A DNA stretch of 64,000 nt from Candidatus Levybacteria bacterium RIFCSPHIGHO2_01_FULL_40_16 (GCA_001783805.1 MFNS01000001.1:192649-256648), one strand, 5' to 3'; shown: positions 47,879 to 57,729, counted from the stretch's first letter. Notes: generated by a model not told the origin, from the sequence alone. A program made the numbers and translations.

Positions 47879-48018
47879 CAGACACGAAAGGTATTGACAT
47901 ACTCCGATATATATGTCTTACTAGTATAAAGACCCGCCAACGCTCGCGTTTCGGCCTTCGGCTCGACGAAGTTAGTCTACGGCCAGACGAAGTCGGCGGG
48001 CAAGAAGGAGGTGATAAC

Positions 48019-48204
48019 ATGAAAACGCTTCAGCAAATAGCAAATGTACTCGTCATCGTAGGAGCACTCAATTGGGGATTGGTCGGACTTTTTAGTTATA
48101 ATTTGGTCGAATCTCTTTTGGGTGGACTTGGACTTGCCCAAATAACATACATTTTGGTCGGTTTATCCGGCGTATTGGCATTGGTAAACTGGGGAAAAAA
48201 GTAA
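48019..48204 (+). CDS. DUF378 family small membrane protein
   Basis: LVIVGALNWGLVGLF...YILVGLSG; SD AAGGAGGTGA. Confidence 0.88.
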   Translation: MKTLQQIANVLVIVGALNWGLVGLFSYNLVESLLGGLGLAQITYILVGLSGVLALVNWGKK

Positions 48205-48285
48205 ATCCGAAAGGTTTTACTGATATTGATAAGGTTTTATTCATCCCGGGATGAGATAGTTTAAACATATAGAAAGCTAGGGTAA

Positions 48286-49254
48286 TTGAAAGATGAAAAT
48301 CTTGTGTTTTTTTTGTTTTATATTAGGTATATGAGCATAATGAATTTAGATGAAGATGTCCTCCTTACTTTAGATTTTTTTACTAAAAATAAGCCACCGA
48401 CATTAGACATAAATAGATTTAAATTGCCTTTCGTTGTTGGTTCTGGAAACGCATACAACGCAGGAACAATTATATTCTCCAATATCGCTGCGACATTTGC
48501 CGATGAAAGCAATTTTAGAAAAACCGTAACTTCATTTGGAAACGCTATAAAAAAAGGCCTTATGAAAGATACCGTTGTAATATCTGCATCCGGAGGAAAA
48601 GATTCTGTTTGGGAAATTGAACTGTCCAGACAACACGGCCTTAAAACAACTTTATTAACTACAAAAGCAGAATCCGGAGCAGCCAAGATAGCCGATGAGG
48701 TCATCACCTACAAGTCGATTGCAGAACCTTATACTTATAACACTTCTACATACATGGGCATGGTGCTTGGATCAACGTGCGAAAACCCCTTAAAAATTAA
48801 AGAATTTATAGGAGAACTTAAATTTCCTGACGCTTTTGCTGATTATAAGGGATATACTTTCGTTCTTCCGGATAAGTATATGCAAATTTGCCCAATGCTG
48901 GAAATTAAAAAGAGCGAATTATTTGGACCTCACGTTTCCTTAAGAGCGTTTAGTCAAGGACACGCCAGACATGCTAAATTCGTAGTGAGATCTTCCGAAG
49001 AGTTAGTTATTTCCTTAGATCAAAAGAATGAGTATTTTGGAGATCCGAGCCATAGATGGGACATTGATCTGCCTGAAAATTCAAATTTCGCAATGATAAT
49101 GGCTCTTACTTATTATATTATAGGCAAAATCCAAGCTTCAAAGCCGCCATACTTTAAAGAAAATATAGGTAGGTACGTTAGCGAAGACGGCCCACAAGCA
49201 TACGGACAGAATACGAAACCTTTTGAAATAATTGTTCCGGGATCTGAAGCCTAG
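48286..49254 (+). CDS. SIS-domain (sugar isomerase-like) protein (start may be 48331 or 48340)
   Basis: VVGSGNA, VISASGG and LTT motifs. Confidence 0.65.
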   Translation: MKDENLVFFLFYIRYMSIMNLDEDVLLTLDFFTKNKPPTLDINRFKLPFVVGSGNAYNAGTIIFSNIAATFADESNFRKTVTSFGNAIKKGLMKDTVVISASGGKDSVWEIELSRQHGLKTTLLTTKAESGAAKIADEVITYKSIAEPYTYNTSTYMGMVLGSTCENPLKIKEFIGELKFPDAFADYKGYTFVLPDKYMQICPMLEIKKSELFGPHVSLRAFSQGHARHAKFVVRSSEELVISLDQKNEYFGDPSHRWDIDLPENSNFAMIMALTYYIIGKIQASKPPYFKENIGRYVSEDGPQAYGQNTKPFEIIVPGSEA

Positions 49255-49445
49255 CGGAGGATTTTGCGTTTGTTTAGCCTCATTTTTGATTTCACCCGGG
49301 CTTTTTTAGCTGAATCCTGTTCTTTCTGAAGCTTAATTCTGGCTTTGGTTCTTTTATCGATCGCTTTTTGACAAATCTCGTCCGGACATCTGTAAATTGT
49401 AGTCACTACCTTGGAAAAAGTATCCTTGGTTTCGGTTTTACCCAC
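49251..49445 (-). CDS. small zinc-ribbon hypothetical protein; frame extends upstream to include CSQC
   Basis: In-frame PQCSQCGK upstream of the called GTG, plus YRCPDEIC. Confidence 0.5.
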   Translation of the reverse strand: MGKTETKDTFSKVVTTIYRCPDEICQKAIDKRTKARIKLQKEQDSAKKARVKSKMRLNKRKILR

Positions 49446-49550
49446 AAAAATTAATCTTTTTCCACATTGACTACATTGGGGTAATTGTTTTTTTGAATTA
49501 GATATTCTCAGAGGCTACTATTATACCATATTTAGGCATATAATGTTTAA

Positions 49551-49859
49551 ATGATCAAATTTTTTGTGAAAGAAGCTGTAAATCTAAATGAAAAGATGCG
49601 GGGACTCATTGGCAAGGAACAGCCCTCCGCAATACTCATTAAAACTCATTACGGAATTCACACTTTTGGAGTAAAATTCCCAATTGATGTTTTAATTTTG
49701 AACAATGAAAATAAAGTTGTTTCAATGAAAAAAAATCTAAAACCTAACCGGATTTTCTTATGGAATCCGATGCATGAAAAAGTACTCGAATTGCCCGCTG
49801 GGACGATTGAAAAAGAACAAATAAAGATAAATATCCCTATTGACATCTCTATTTTATAA
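49551..49859 (+). CDS. DUF192 family protein
   Basis: MRGLI, IHTFGVKFPIDV and VLELPAG motifs. Confidence 0.85.
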   Translation: MIKFFVKEAVNLNEKMRGLIGKEQPSAILIKTHYGIHTFGVKFPIDVLILNNENKVVSMKKNLKPNRIFLWNPMHEKVLELPAGTIEKEQIKINIPIDISIL

Positions 49860-49877
49860 GCGCTACTATATTAGTTC

Positions 49878-50438
49878 ATGACGAAAGATACTAAATCAAC
49901 CGAAAAAGATGTCTGCCCTAAATGCGGAAGTTCACTGGCTGAAATAACCACTACCAGAACAGGGAAACAACTGCAAAGATGCTCAACCGGCTCATGGGAT
50001 CCCGACACTAGATCGAATGTTGGGTGTGATTATGTAAAATGGATTGAAGCCGAACCGCAAACTCTAGATGAAAAATGCCCAAAATGCGAAGCAAATCTTG
50101 TCCTTTCGGTTACCCGGTTTGGGAAGAAGATGAAAAAATGCTCTAAAGGCGGTTGGGACAGAGAAAAAAGAGTTGCCACAGGCTGTGATTATATCGAGTG
50201 GATTAATGGCACCAAAGAACCCCTTGATGAAGAATGTCCCCAATGCCAAAGCAAGCTGGTTTTATTCACTACCAATGCCGGGAAGAAGATGAAAAAATGC
50301 TCTACAGCCGGTTGGGACAGCAAAACCAGAACAGCCAGCGGATGCCCATATATCCAATGGCTTAAAGTCAGTGATTATCCTCAAATAAACAATAATGGAG
50401 GCGAGGAATTTTTACCACCGGAGCCGCAAGGAGAATGA
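49878..50438 (+). CDS. stand-alone triple zinc-ribbon protein (topoisomerase I C-terminal repeat-like)
   Basis: Three repeats of CPxC...GK..K.CS...WD......GC.Y..W. Confidence 0.7.
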   Translation: MTKDTKSTEKDVCPKCGSSLAEITTTRTGKQLQRCSTGSWDPDTRSNVGCDYVKWIEAEPQTLDEKCPKCEANLVLSVTRFGKKMKKCSKGGWDREKRVATGCDYIEWINGTKEPLDEECPQCQSKLVLFTTNAGKKMKKCSTAGWDSKTRTASGCPYIQWLKVSDYPQINNNGGEEFLPPEPQGE

Positions 50439-50852
50439 TTAATTAGCCAGTAATTCTTCCACAATGTTTTTATTTTGTGTGAAAAAAAGATCCGTAGAAG
50501 TAGCCAATTGGAGCTTATTTAATTCTTTTAAATCAAAAAATTGTAATTCTTGTCCTTCCGCCCGTTCAATAAGATTCACATTGTTATCCGTTAATTTCCC
50601 ATGATAAAAATAGGTATTTTTATTATCGGAGGGAGCAATCAATAGAAGCTTAACGTCGTTAATTTTTATATTCATATCCTCTTTTATGCACCTTGCAATT
50701 GTCTTTTCGCAGGACTCGTTACTGCCTTTTTCTCCTCCGATCATGCACCATGTTTTTTGTAGCCCCGAATTAAAAACATAATTTCTGATCATTAATAATA
50801 TTTTTTCTTTATAGGTTAAGAGGATTAAACTTTCATTGAGTTTGCGGATCAT
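50439..50852 (-). CDS. NUDIX-like hydrolase (degenerate box)
   Basis: WCMIGG...ESCEKTIARCIKED and EGQELQFF. Confidence 0.6.
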   Translation of the reverse strand: MIRKLNESLILLTYKEKILLMIRNYVFNSGLQKTWCMIGGEKGSNESCEKTIARCIKEDMNIKINDVKLLLIAPSDNKNTYFYHGKLTDNNVNLIERAEGQELQFFDLKELNKLQLATSTDLFFTQNKNIVEELLAN

Positions 50853-50926
50853 ATTTTAATTATACCACTTTTATCTCTGCAACAGTGGTTAAAGAATTAA
50901 AATTCTACCAAACTGCTTGACGCGGT

Positions 50927-51415
50927 TTATTTTTTTCGGGCTCCCGACAAATTTTCTAAGGCTTTTAGAACGCCGTCTGCGCCGGGATTTATACCGATAG
51001 GCGAGATGTATCCCCAAGCGATTTTTCCAGCTTTGTCAATTAAATAAAGCGACCGTTCGGACACTCCGTCTTCCTCATGATATGAATTGTAAAGTTTGGA
51101 AACTCTTCCCTTAGGATTAAAATCCGAAAGTAAAGGGAAGTGCAAATTTCTTTCTTTGGCAAAAGCCAAATGACTCCAAACATTATCAACTGAAATTCCC
51201 AGCATGACTGCCTTGTATTTTTTGAGCTCGGACAGGATCTCATTGAAAAGCATCATTTCGCCGCCGCACACGGGACTGAAATCTGCAGGATAAAAAGCTA
51301 AAATTACCGGTTTACCCGCAAAATCGGACAGGGAAACGGTTTGGTCCGGTGTTACTTTCAAACTGAAATCAGGCGCTTTTGTACCTTTTTTTAATGGTTC
51401 CTTATGTTCTTTCAT
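50927..51415 (-). CDS. peroxiredoxin (AhpC/TSA)
   Basis: FYPADFSPVC, GISVD and FPLLSDF motifs. Confidence 0.9.
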   Translation of the reverse strand: MKEHKEPLKKGTKAPDFSLKVTPDQTVSLSDFAGKPVILAFYPADFSPVCGGEMMLFNEILSELKKYKAVMLGISVDNVWSHLAFAKERNLHFPLLSDFNPKGRVSKLYNSYHEEDGVSERSLYLIDKAGKIAWGYISPIGINPGADGVLKALENLSGARKK

Positions 51416-51954
51416 TCCTTAATCACCTCCCTCGCCCACAATGTTTCCTTTATTGCCCTAAGTAACAAATCCAATTCATATGACTCATCAAAACGCGCGC
51501 CGTTAATATAAAAAGTGGGCGTACCGTTGACCCCGCTTCTGACTCCTGACATAAAATCATTTTTTACTTTTTTTATTATTTCTTCCGATTCGATGTCTTT
51601 ATTAAATTGCGCAATATCTAATTTTAGATTCTTTGCATAAGAAAGTAAATCCTGATTATCTAATCTCTCCTGATTTTCAAAAATCAAATCATGCATTTCC
51701 CAAAATTTTCCCTGTTTTCCTGCCGCTTCCGCAGCAGAAGCCGCGCGGAAAGCATGCGGGTGAATTTCGGAAAGGGGAAAGTTGCGGAAAACAAATTTCA
51801 GCTTGTTTCCCTCTATTTTTTGAAGTTCATTAATTATCGAATATGCTTCTTGACAATCCGGACACTCAAAATCTCCATATTCCACCAATGTAACCGGCGC
51901 ATTTTCTTTTCCCTTAGCGTGATCCTTCTTACTTACCGGAATAGTTAGTTTCAT
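51412..51954 (-). CDS. DsbA-family thioredoxin-fold protein
   Basis: EYGDFECPDC, RNFPL and GVNGTPTF motifs. Confidence 0.9.
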   Translation of the reverse strand: MKLTIPVSKKDHAKGKENAPVTLVEYGDFECPDCQEAYSIINELQKIEGNKLKFVFRNFPLSEIHPHAFRAASAAEAAGKQGKFWEMHDLIFENQERLDNQDLLSYAKNLKLDIAQFNKDIESEEIIKKVKNDFMSGVRSGVNGTPTFYINGARFDESYELDLLLRAIKETLWAREVIKE

Positions 51955-51966
51955 ATAATTAATAAT

Positions 51967-52281
51967 CTATCGGGCAAGAAAGACTAAAAGGATAATTGCG
52001 GCAAAAGTAATTATTGAAAGGAAAACTAGGGTATAAGTTAGCAATGATAAAGCTTCTTTTTTACGGCCGTCAATGTACATTTGCGCGGGCTTGCCAAAAA
52101 TCAAAAATCCGGTCATTGCTGCTGAAAATACAAAAAGCAAAAGTAAGGTGATAGGAGCAAGAAAAGTATTTACTCTTCCTATTTTTATGGCAGAGCCGTA
52201 ATACATAAAACTCCCAACCGCAATCACATATAAAGCCGTAAAAATGGAATTAACTAAAGCGGTTTTCTTAATCTCCTTCAT
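51967..52281 (-). CDS. three-TM membrane protein
   Basis: Hydrophobic 104-aa ORF. Confidence 0.65.
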   Translation of the reverse strand: MKEIKKTALVNSIFTALYVIAVGSFMYYGSAIKIGRVNTFLAPITLLLLFVFSAAMTGFLIFGKPAQMYIDGRKKEALSLLTYTLVFLSIITFAAIILLVFLAR

Positions 52282-52447
52282 AAAATTATGATAGCAAATT
52301 TATGCCCTCTTAATCCTTCCTTTGTTTTTAATTCTGTAAACGATATCTACTTCTGCTTTCAAATTTTCTACCACATCTCTTACAATTGGAGACATCATAC
52401 CAAAACGTACTTCGCCAACTGTAAATTGTCTTCCCACATAATCTATC

Positions 52448-52714
52448 CTATTTCTTACGTCTTCTGCTGAAAACGAGTGTCGGCGTAACTTTCTCGTTGA
52501 TTTTTTTTATTTTTTCAAGTAGGTCGCCAGCCGATTTTACCGGGGTAGCATTGGTAGTATCGCTTTCTATTCCCGGATTCATACTCGTGAGCTTTACGGG
52601 AATATAATCCTTAAGTAAATCCGTAAAATCCGCTGTTAATCTGCGCCGCTCGTCAGCAAGCGGTTTCCGGTTTTCAACCACACTACTTAGACGAGCTACC
52701 TGTTCCTTTGTCAT
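52448..52714 (-). CDS. hypothetical protein
   Basis: 88-aa ORF with TGGTATAAT -10 element upstream. Confidence 0.45.
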   Translation of the reverse strand: MTKEQVARLSSVVENRKPLADERRRLTADFTDLLKDYIPVKLTSMNPGIESDTTNATPVKSAGDLLEKIKKINEKVTPTLVFSRRRKK

Positions 52715-52864
52715 ATTTTCGCCCTTATTATACCAAATCTGTCAATTTCTGCAATTTCAACCTAAAAAATATTATTTTTACACCTATTCTCCTATATGTT
52801 ATAATCCGTTTTAGCTATACTAAATTGAGATAATTAGAGAAATTGATTTAAAGTGTGAATTATT

Positions 52865-53704
52865 ATGAATCAAATCGAAAATGGTGTATCAGTAAGGAGA
52901 GGGAGATTAAATACTCTAGAATTTGTAGATAGAAAAACAGTTCGTAAAACTAGTATTCTTCAAGAGACAACCAGACCACACCGCTTAAAAATAGAAGCTT
53001 GGGCTATTTCTGAAGCAAAATCCCGCGGCGTTAATGCACCAACTATTGTAGATTTTTATCAGAACAATAGGGGACAAGAAGTTCTTATTTTGGAAAGGAT
53101 TGACGGTAAGACTCTTTCACATTGTTCACTCCGAGAAAATGCTTCAAGCATGATAAGTGTGGGGGAACAAATGAGCCTGCTTGAGAATATTTCAAGCAAC
53201 TATGGCTGGATTGATCCCCAGACAATGACGGGGAAGAGCAAGGATTGGAAAATATTTCTACTATCGTATGCCCAAACATATGGGAATAGACTTGTCAATG
53301 AGGGCATAATTAGCAAAAAACATCTACAACACATATCTAGTGGAATTCAGGACACCGATTTAAGCACCTCTCCCTATTTAGTTCATAGAGATATAAAATT
53401 GGACAATCTTATAAAAGATAAGGATGGAAAAACATGGATCCTTGATTGGGAAAATGTAATACTAGGAGATCCCCTCTATGACCTTGCAATTTTTGGATTG
53501 ACTCATAAAGATATCCTGTGGGAAAATCTTGCTATCACCAAAAGGACTACGTACGATCCTCAAAAATATTCTATTTATGAAGCAGTTGCATTGATAGGAT
53601 TGATTGATTTTTGTCGAAAAAATAAAATTGACTTTATCGGAAGACAAAGACAATTCCATGATGCAGTTAATCGATTCGCTTTTTCTTCAAAACTGCATGA
53701 TTAA
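52865..53704 (+). CDS. aminoglycoside phosphotransferase/choline kinase family protein
   Basis: LVHRDIKLDN and ILDWE...GDPLYDLA motifs. Confidence 0.85.
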   Translation: MNQIENGVSVRRGRLNTLEFVDRKTVRKTSILQETTRPHRLKIEAWAISEAKSRGVNAPTIVDFYQNNRGQEVLILERIDGKTLSHCSLRENASSMISVGEQMSLLENISSNYGWIDPQTMTGKSKDWKIFLLSYAQTYGNRLVNEGIISKKHLQHISSGIQDTDLSTSPYLVHRDIKLDNLIKDKDGKTWILDWENVILGDPLYDLAIFGLTHKDILWENLAITKRTTYDPQKYSIYEAVALIGLIDFCRKNKIDFIGRQRQFHDAVNRFAFSSKLHD

Positions 53705-53724
53705 TAAAATTAAAAAGATCAATT

Positions 53725-55887
53725 ATGATAAAAGTCTCAGTAATTATAATTTCTTATAACAACCTTCATTGCCTAAAAAAAAACTTAGATAGTTTAACTA
53801 ATCAAACCTACGATCATAATGACATCAAAGTAGAATCTATGATAGTAGATAGTGGCTCGAAGACAGATTCGTTAAGAGCTCTACAAAAATATAAGGATAG
53901 GATAAAAATAATTTTAAAACCGCAATTTCTCTCTCGTCTTAGCCCCGCTGAAGCTAGAAATATGGGCGTTCGGAATTCAACTGGAGACATCCTAATCTTT
54001 AGTGATGCAGATTGCATTTTACCCCCTGCTTGGATACAAGACATAGCTGAATGTTTTAAAAACCCAGAGATTGACTGCGTTATGGGATCCCGAGAACCAG
54101 ATAAAGGACAAGGGCTGGGAACTATTATTAGGCGATTCAGCTTCATTCTGTATTCAAACAAATTTAGCATCCAGGAGTCCACGATAATTAACCAGAAGAA
54201 CCTAGATAAAGGCGAACCGCTTATTTTATTAAGTGGAAATAACTTTGCGATTAAAAAGAAAATATGGCTTAAGCTCGGTGGTATGAAAACCATTTTTAAA
54301 AACCCGGCAGGAGAAGATGTAATGCTGGAAAATGATCTGATTAAAAATAGCTATACAATTCTGTTCAATCCATTTATCAAAATTATTCACTTCCACCCAA
54401 TTTCTTTAGTAAATTTATTTAAAAAATGCATATATGGCGGAGAAGCAAGTTACGTTATTAGCAGATATCCAGATAGCTTAATTAGCTACAAATATTTTAT
54501 AGAACGTGGTCACCTTTTATCGTTTGGCACTTTCATTTTTATCATATTATTCATAATTTTTGCTACGTCAATGATTGTTTTAGATAAAATATCTTTTCTT
54601 TTTATATTATTTATTTTGTTTCTACTGACATCCACAGTCACATTTAGACTGATTAAACTTAAAAAAAAATTATCAGCAATTTTAATTACAAAAGGAAAGC
54701 AATATGAAACCAAATATAGTCTATCTACATTCCAATTGTCTTATTTTGGCTTAATTCATTTTATTGCAAAAACTATAACCCTCATAAGCTTCTTGAGATG
54801 CTATCTGTTTGACGGTCTATCTACACTTGATCTTCTTTTGAAAAACAAAAGCAATGACTATACGAGAGAAGCAAGGCGATTTCACAAAAAAACAGGACTA
54901 GACCTTCTTAGGGGACATGATAAGAATGTGCGAATTACTACGAGTTGCAGCATAATAATCCCTTTTTGCAATAATTATTTTTTCTTAAAAAAAAGTTTAC
55001 GCGCACTTTGCAATCAAATATTTCCAGTCAATTTTAAATTAAGCAAGATAGAAATAATTATTATCAACGACGGATCGCCTATTTGTTTAGAAAAACTCGT
55101 GACGCAGGCTGCAAAAGTTTATTCAACGACTTATTTGAAGCTGAAAAAGAATTACGGCGCTGCTACTGCTAGGAACTTAGGTTTACTTTATGCAAAAAAC
55201 GAGGTAGTCTTTTTTTTAGATGAAGATATGGTAGTCCCTAATGACTTCATTGTCAGCCATCTATTGAGACATATTTTCTTAAAAGATTGCATAATAGTCG
55301 GCTTCCGCCAAAACATTAGTTTAAGGAATCTTAATTTACGCACAAATCGTCTGGATAAAATTATTGCCGTTACCCCTAATTACAAAAATGATTTTAGATA
55401 TAAAAGATTTGTTCCTCAAGAATGGTCTGGCATTTATAGAAATGTCCCTGTCGATAATTTCAACAAAGAATATTATCCTTTAATAAATAGTAGATTTTTT
55501 AGAGACTATGGGAAAGGGAAGCTTATTGGGGTTTGGGATCTCCCATCAATGTTTTTGTCATGCAATGTTAGCGTACGAAGGAGACATATTACAGAATTAG
55601 GAGGATTTGACATGAGGTTTAAGAATTGCGGAATGGAAGATGTCCACTTGGGGGCAAAATTAATCGCTAAGGGTTTATATCTTATACCAAACCTCCATGC
55701 TACAGCTTATCACCTAGTTGATGTTGATTCTAATAGTAAGCAGAGAACGTCAATTGCAGACTATGAGAGAAAACTTGACTTATATTACAACCTGAGAAAT
55801 GAGGCATTGATTATCTTTAAGCGCAATCAGTGGCTAAAGCAAATGAGAAATTATTTTGCAAATAAGTTTGACGTTATTTACTCGTAA
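53725..55887 (+). CDS. double GT2 glycosyltransferase with central TM segments
   Basis: Two GT-A domains (VDSGS/ARN/SDAD/GED and INDGS/ARN/LDED/MED). Confidence 0.85.
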   Translation: MIKVSVIIISYNNLHCLKKNLDSLTNQTYDHNDIKVESMIVDSGSKTDSLRALQKYKDRIKIILKPQFLSRLSPAEARNMGVRNSTGDILIFSDADCILPPAWIQDIAECFKNPEIDCVMGSREPDKGQGLGTIIRRFSFILYSNKFSIQESTIINQKNLDKGEPLILLSGNNFAIKKKIWLKLGGMKTIFKNPAGEDVMLENDLIKNSYTILFNPFIKIIHFHPISLVNLFKKCIYGGEASYVISRYPDSLISYKYFIERGHLLSFGTFIFIILFIIFATSMIVLDKISFLFILFILFLLTSTVTFRLIKLKKKLSAILITKGKQYETKYSLSTFQLSYFGLIHFIAKTITLISFLRCYLFDGLSTLDLLLKNKSNDYTREARRFHKKTGLDLLRGHDKNVRITTSCSIIIPFCNNYFFLKKSLRALCNQIFPVNFKLSKIEIIIINDGSPICLEKLVTQAAKVYSTTYLKLKKNYGAATARNLGLLYAKNEVVFFLDEDMVVPNDFIVSHLLRHIFLKDCIIVGFRQNISLRNLNLRTNRLDKIIAVTPNYKNDFRYKRFVPQEWSGIYRNVPVDNFNKEYYPLINSRFFRDYGKGKLIGVWDLPSMFLSCNVSVRRRHITELGGFDMRFKNCGMEDVHLGAKLIAKGLYLIPNLHATAYHLVDVDSNSKQRTSIADYERKLDLYYNLRNEALIIFKRNQWLKQMRNYFANKFDVIYS

Positions 55888-55926
55888 TCCTACTTAGATT
55901 CGCCAAATTTTACTTTTTAGTTAGTG

Positions 55927-55997
55927 CTGCGGGACTAGGAATCGGACCTAGATTAGAGGATCCAAAGTCCTCCGTCCTACCATTAAACGATCCCGCA
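55927..55997 (-). tRNA. tRNA-Gln(TTG)
   Basis: TGCGGGA...GAGGA-CTTTGGA-TCCTC...TCCCGCAG. Confidence 0.9.
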
Positions 55998-56089
55998 ACG
56001 TAAAATTTGCACCCGCAAATCACGTTGCTGGCCAAGTCAGGCTTGGCCGCAATATTCAAAATTATATCATAAAGTCGAATTTTGATATA

Positions 56090-56482
56090 ATGAACAGTAT
56101 GACTGAAATATTAAGGAATCAAAATCTTGTCAAAATAGATCTTGAATTAATAGATGAATTAAATGTTTTCTATCTGGAATATTCAAGAAAAAGAGGCTTT
56201 CCTGATGCATTTTGTACCCAAATTAGTCACGACGTAGCTAACAATTTAAAATTAGACTATCAAGAAGGTACCTTCCGACTAGACAAACCAAACAGAAGTG
56301 GAATCACTAATCCAACATATGCATGGTGTACGGACGCGGATAAAATTATTATAGATCTAACACTCCATCAATTTAAGCCTTATTTAAATCCTGATGTTAA
56401 AATTTTTATTGGAGGTCCTCATATTATACGTCCCAACCAACCTCTTTATAAAAGATATTCACCCCTTAATAAACTTCATTAA
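56090..56482 (+). CDS. hypothetical protein
   Basis: 130-aa ORF; C...YAW...IIDLT resembles a papain/transglutaminase-like fold. Confidence 0.5.
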   Translation: MNSMTEILRNQNLVKIDLELIDELNVFYLEYSRKRGFPDAFCTQISHDVANNLKLDYQEGTFRLDKPNRSGITNPTYAWCTDADKIIIDLTLHQFKPYLNPDVKIFIGGPHIIRPNQPLYKRYSPLNKLH

Positions 56483-56483
56483 G

Positions 56484-56957
56484 TTATCTGCTGTAGAGAC
56501 CGATTAATTCTGATTTGTCAATAATATGGCCTTGCATTTCTTTTTCCAAGGTCTCCTTGCCTGGATTGTTTAAATTTAAAACTACATCCAAAGAGTAGAG
56601 CTTGAAGAAATATCGGTGGGTGCCGGATGGCTCGCCCGCTAACGCCTGAGCGTAGCGATGGCGAACGGGGGGACAGGGTCCGCCATAACTCTTTTTACCA
56701 AAACTTGTTGTCGCTTCAATTCCGCCTTTTGGAACACTATTTTCCGCAATTTCCACGGTATTTGGGTCAATATTAAATACAATCCAATGGATCCATGTTC
56801 CGCCCGGCGCATCCGGATCATCCATGATTAAGACTAAACTTTTGGCATTTGTGGGAATTTCAAGAAAAGACAGCGGGGGATTTATATTCTCCCCATCGCA
56901 GGTATATTTGGAAGGTATTTTGGAATTATTTTCAAAAACAGAACTTATTATTTTCAC
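56484..56957 (-). CDS. YbhB/YbcL (PEBP) family protein
   Basis: YTCDGENINPPL, DDPDAP, WIHW and GPCP[insert]PSGTHRY motifs. Confidence 0.92.
   Translation of the reverse strand: MKIISSVFENNSKIPSKYTCDGENINPPLSFLEIPTNAKSLVLIMDDPDAPGGTWIHWIVFNIDPNTVEIAENSVPKGGIEATTSFGKKSYGGPCPPVRHRYAQALAGEPSGTHRYFFKLYSLDVVLNLNNPGKETLEKEMQGHIIDKSELIGLYSR
56631..56669 (+). mobile_element. degenerate 39-bp mini-element, in frame in YbhB gene
   Basis: CTCGCCCG...GCGAACGGG; removal restores GPCPPSGTHRY. Confidence 0.75.
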
Positions 56958-56960
56958 GTG

Positions 56961-57031
56961 AGCGGGGTACGAGAATTGAACTCGCTTCTCTACCTTGGCA
57001 AGGTAGCATACTACCGGTGTACTAACCCCGC
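56961..57031 (-). tRNA. tRNA-Gly(GCC)
   Basis: CTACC-TTGCCAA-GGTAG anticodon arm; full cloverleaf. Confidence 0.9.
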
Positions 57032-57036
57032 TTGTG

Positions 57037-57109
57037 TGCCGAGAGCAGGAATCGAACCCGCATAACCGCTTCTTCAGAGCGGCGCCTTGACCTCGTTGGC
57101 AATCTCGGC
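57037..57109 (-). tRNA. tRNA-Phe(GAA)
   Basis: GCCGAGA...CCGCT-CTGAAGA-AGCGG...TCTCGGCA. Confidence 0.9.
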
Positions 57110-57547
57110 CTATTTAATTTTTTGCAATCTCCTGTATGTCCTGTCCCTATGACAATTAGCGCATACCAAGTCGCATTTTGCTATTTCTTCCTTTATTTTA
57201 TCAAATTTTACTAATTTTCGAAAGGTGAGAAACGAAATGCTTGCCACCTTTTTCTTTCCATCACGATGATCGAAATCCATCACCCATGCAGGGTATTTCT
57301 TCCCGCAGTCAAAGCATGGCTTGTTTTTAATTTTTCCCAAAAACTCCTTACGCTCTACTATGTATTTTAGTTTTCTTTTTTTGGCTAGATATAGCTGTCG
57401 CTCTCTGTTTTGATGATAATAATTTTTTCCGCGGATTTTATAACAATCTTTGCATTTTTCGTAATACTCACCAGCCCTTAAACCGCTTTTTCTTCTATAA
57501 AAATCTTTCAATTCCTTACTCAATCCACACTTCGAACATTTTTTCAT
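57110..57547 (-). CDS. HNH endonuclease with zinc fingers
   Basis: CSKC, CKDC, CFDC...MDFDH...KCDLVCANCH; stop abuts tRNA-Phe. Confidence 0.88.
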   Translation of the reverse strand: MKKCSKCGLSKELKDFYRRKSGLRAGEYYEKCKDCYKIRGKNYYHQNRERQLYLAKKRKLKYIVERKEFLGKIKNKPCFDCGKKYPAWVMDFDHRDGKKKVASISFLTFRKLVKFDKIKEEIAKCDLVCANCHRDRTYRRLQKIK

Positions 57548-57590
57548 TTATAATTTATAATAAACCGTAGTGAGTCGAAATGCAACTTTT

Positions 57591-57636
57591 TTCTTCAGAC
57601 GGAGAGGAAATCATTGACCGACTTGGCTACCTCGGC
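57591..57636 (-). pseudogene. 5' remnant of a tRNA-Phe
   Basis: GCCGAGGTAGCCAAGTCGGTCAA...CCGTCTGAAGA; no 3' half found. Confidence 0.65.
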
Positions 57637-57729
57637 ATGTATAAATGCTGTTGCTAGAATAATGTTAACTACCCAATGTCCTATTATTTACTAAAGCATG
57701 TATCTTTTACAAAAATTATTTATACATGC

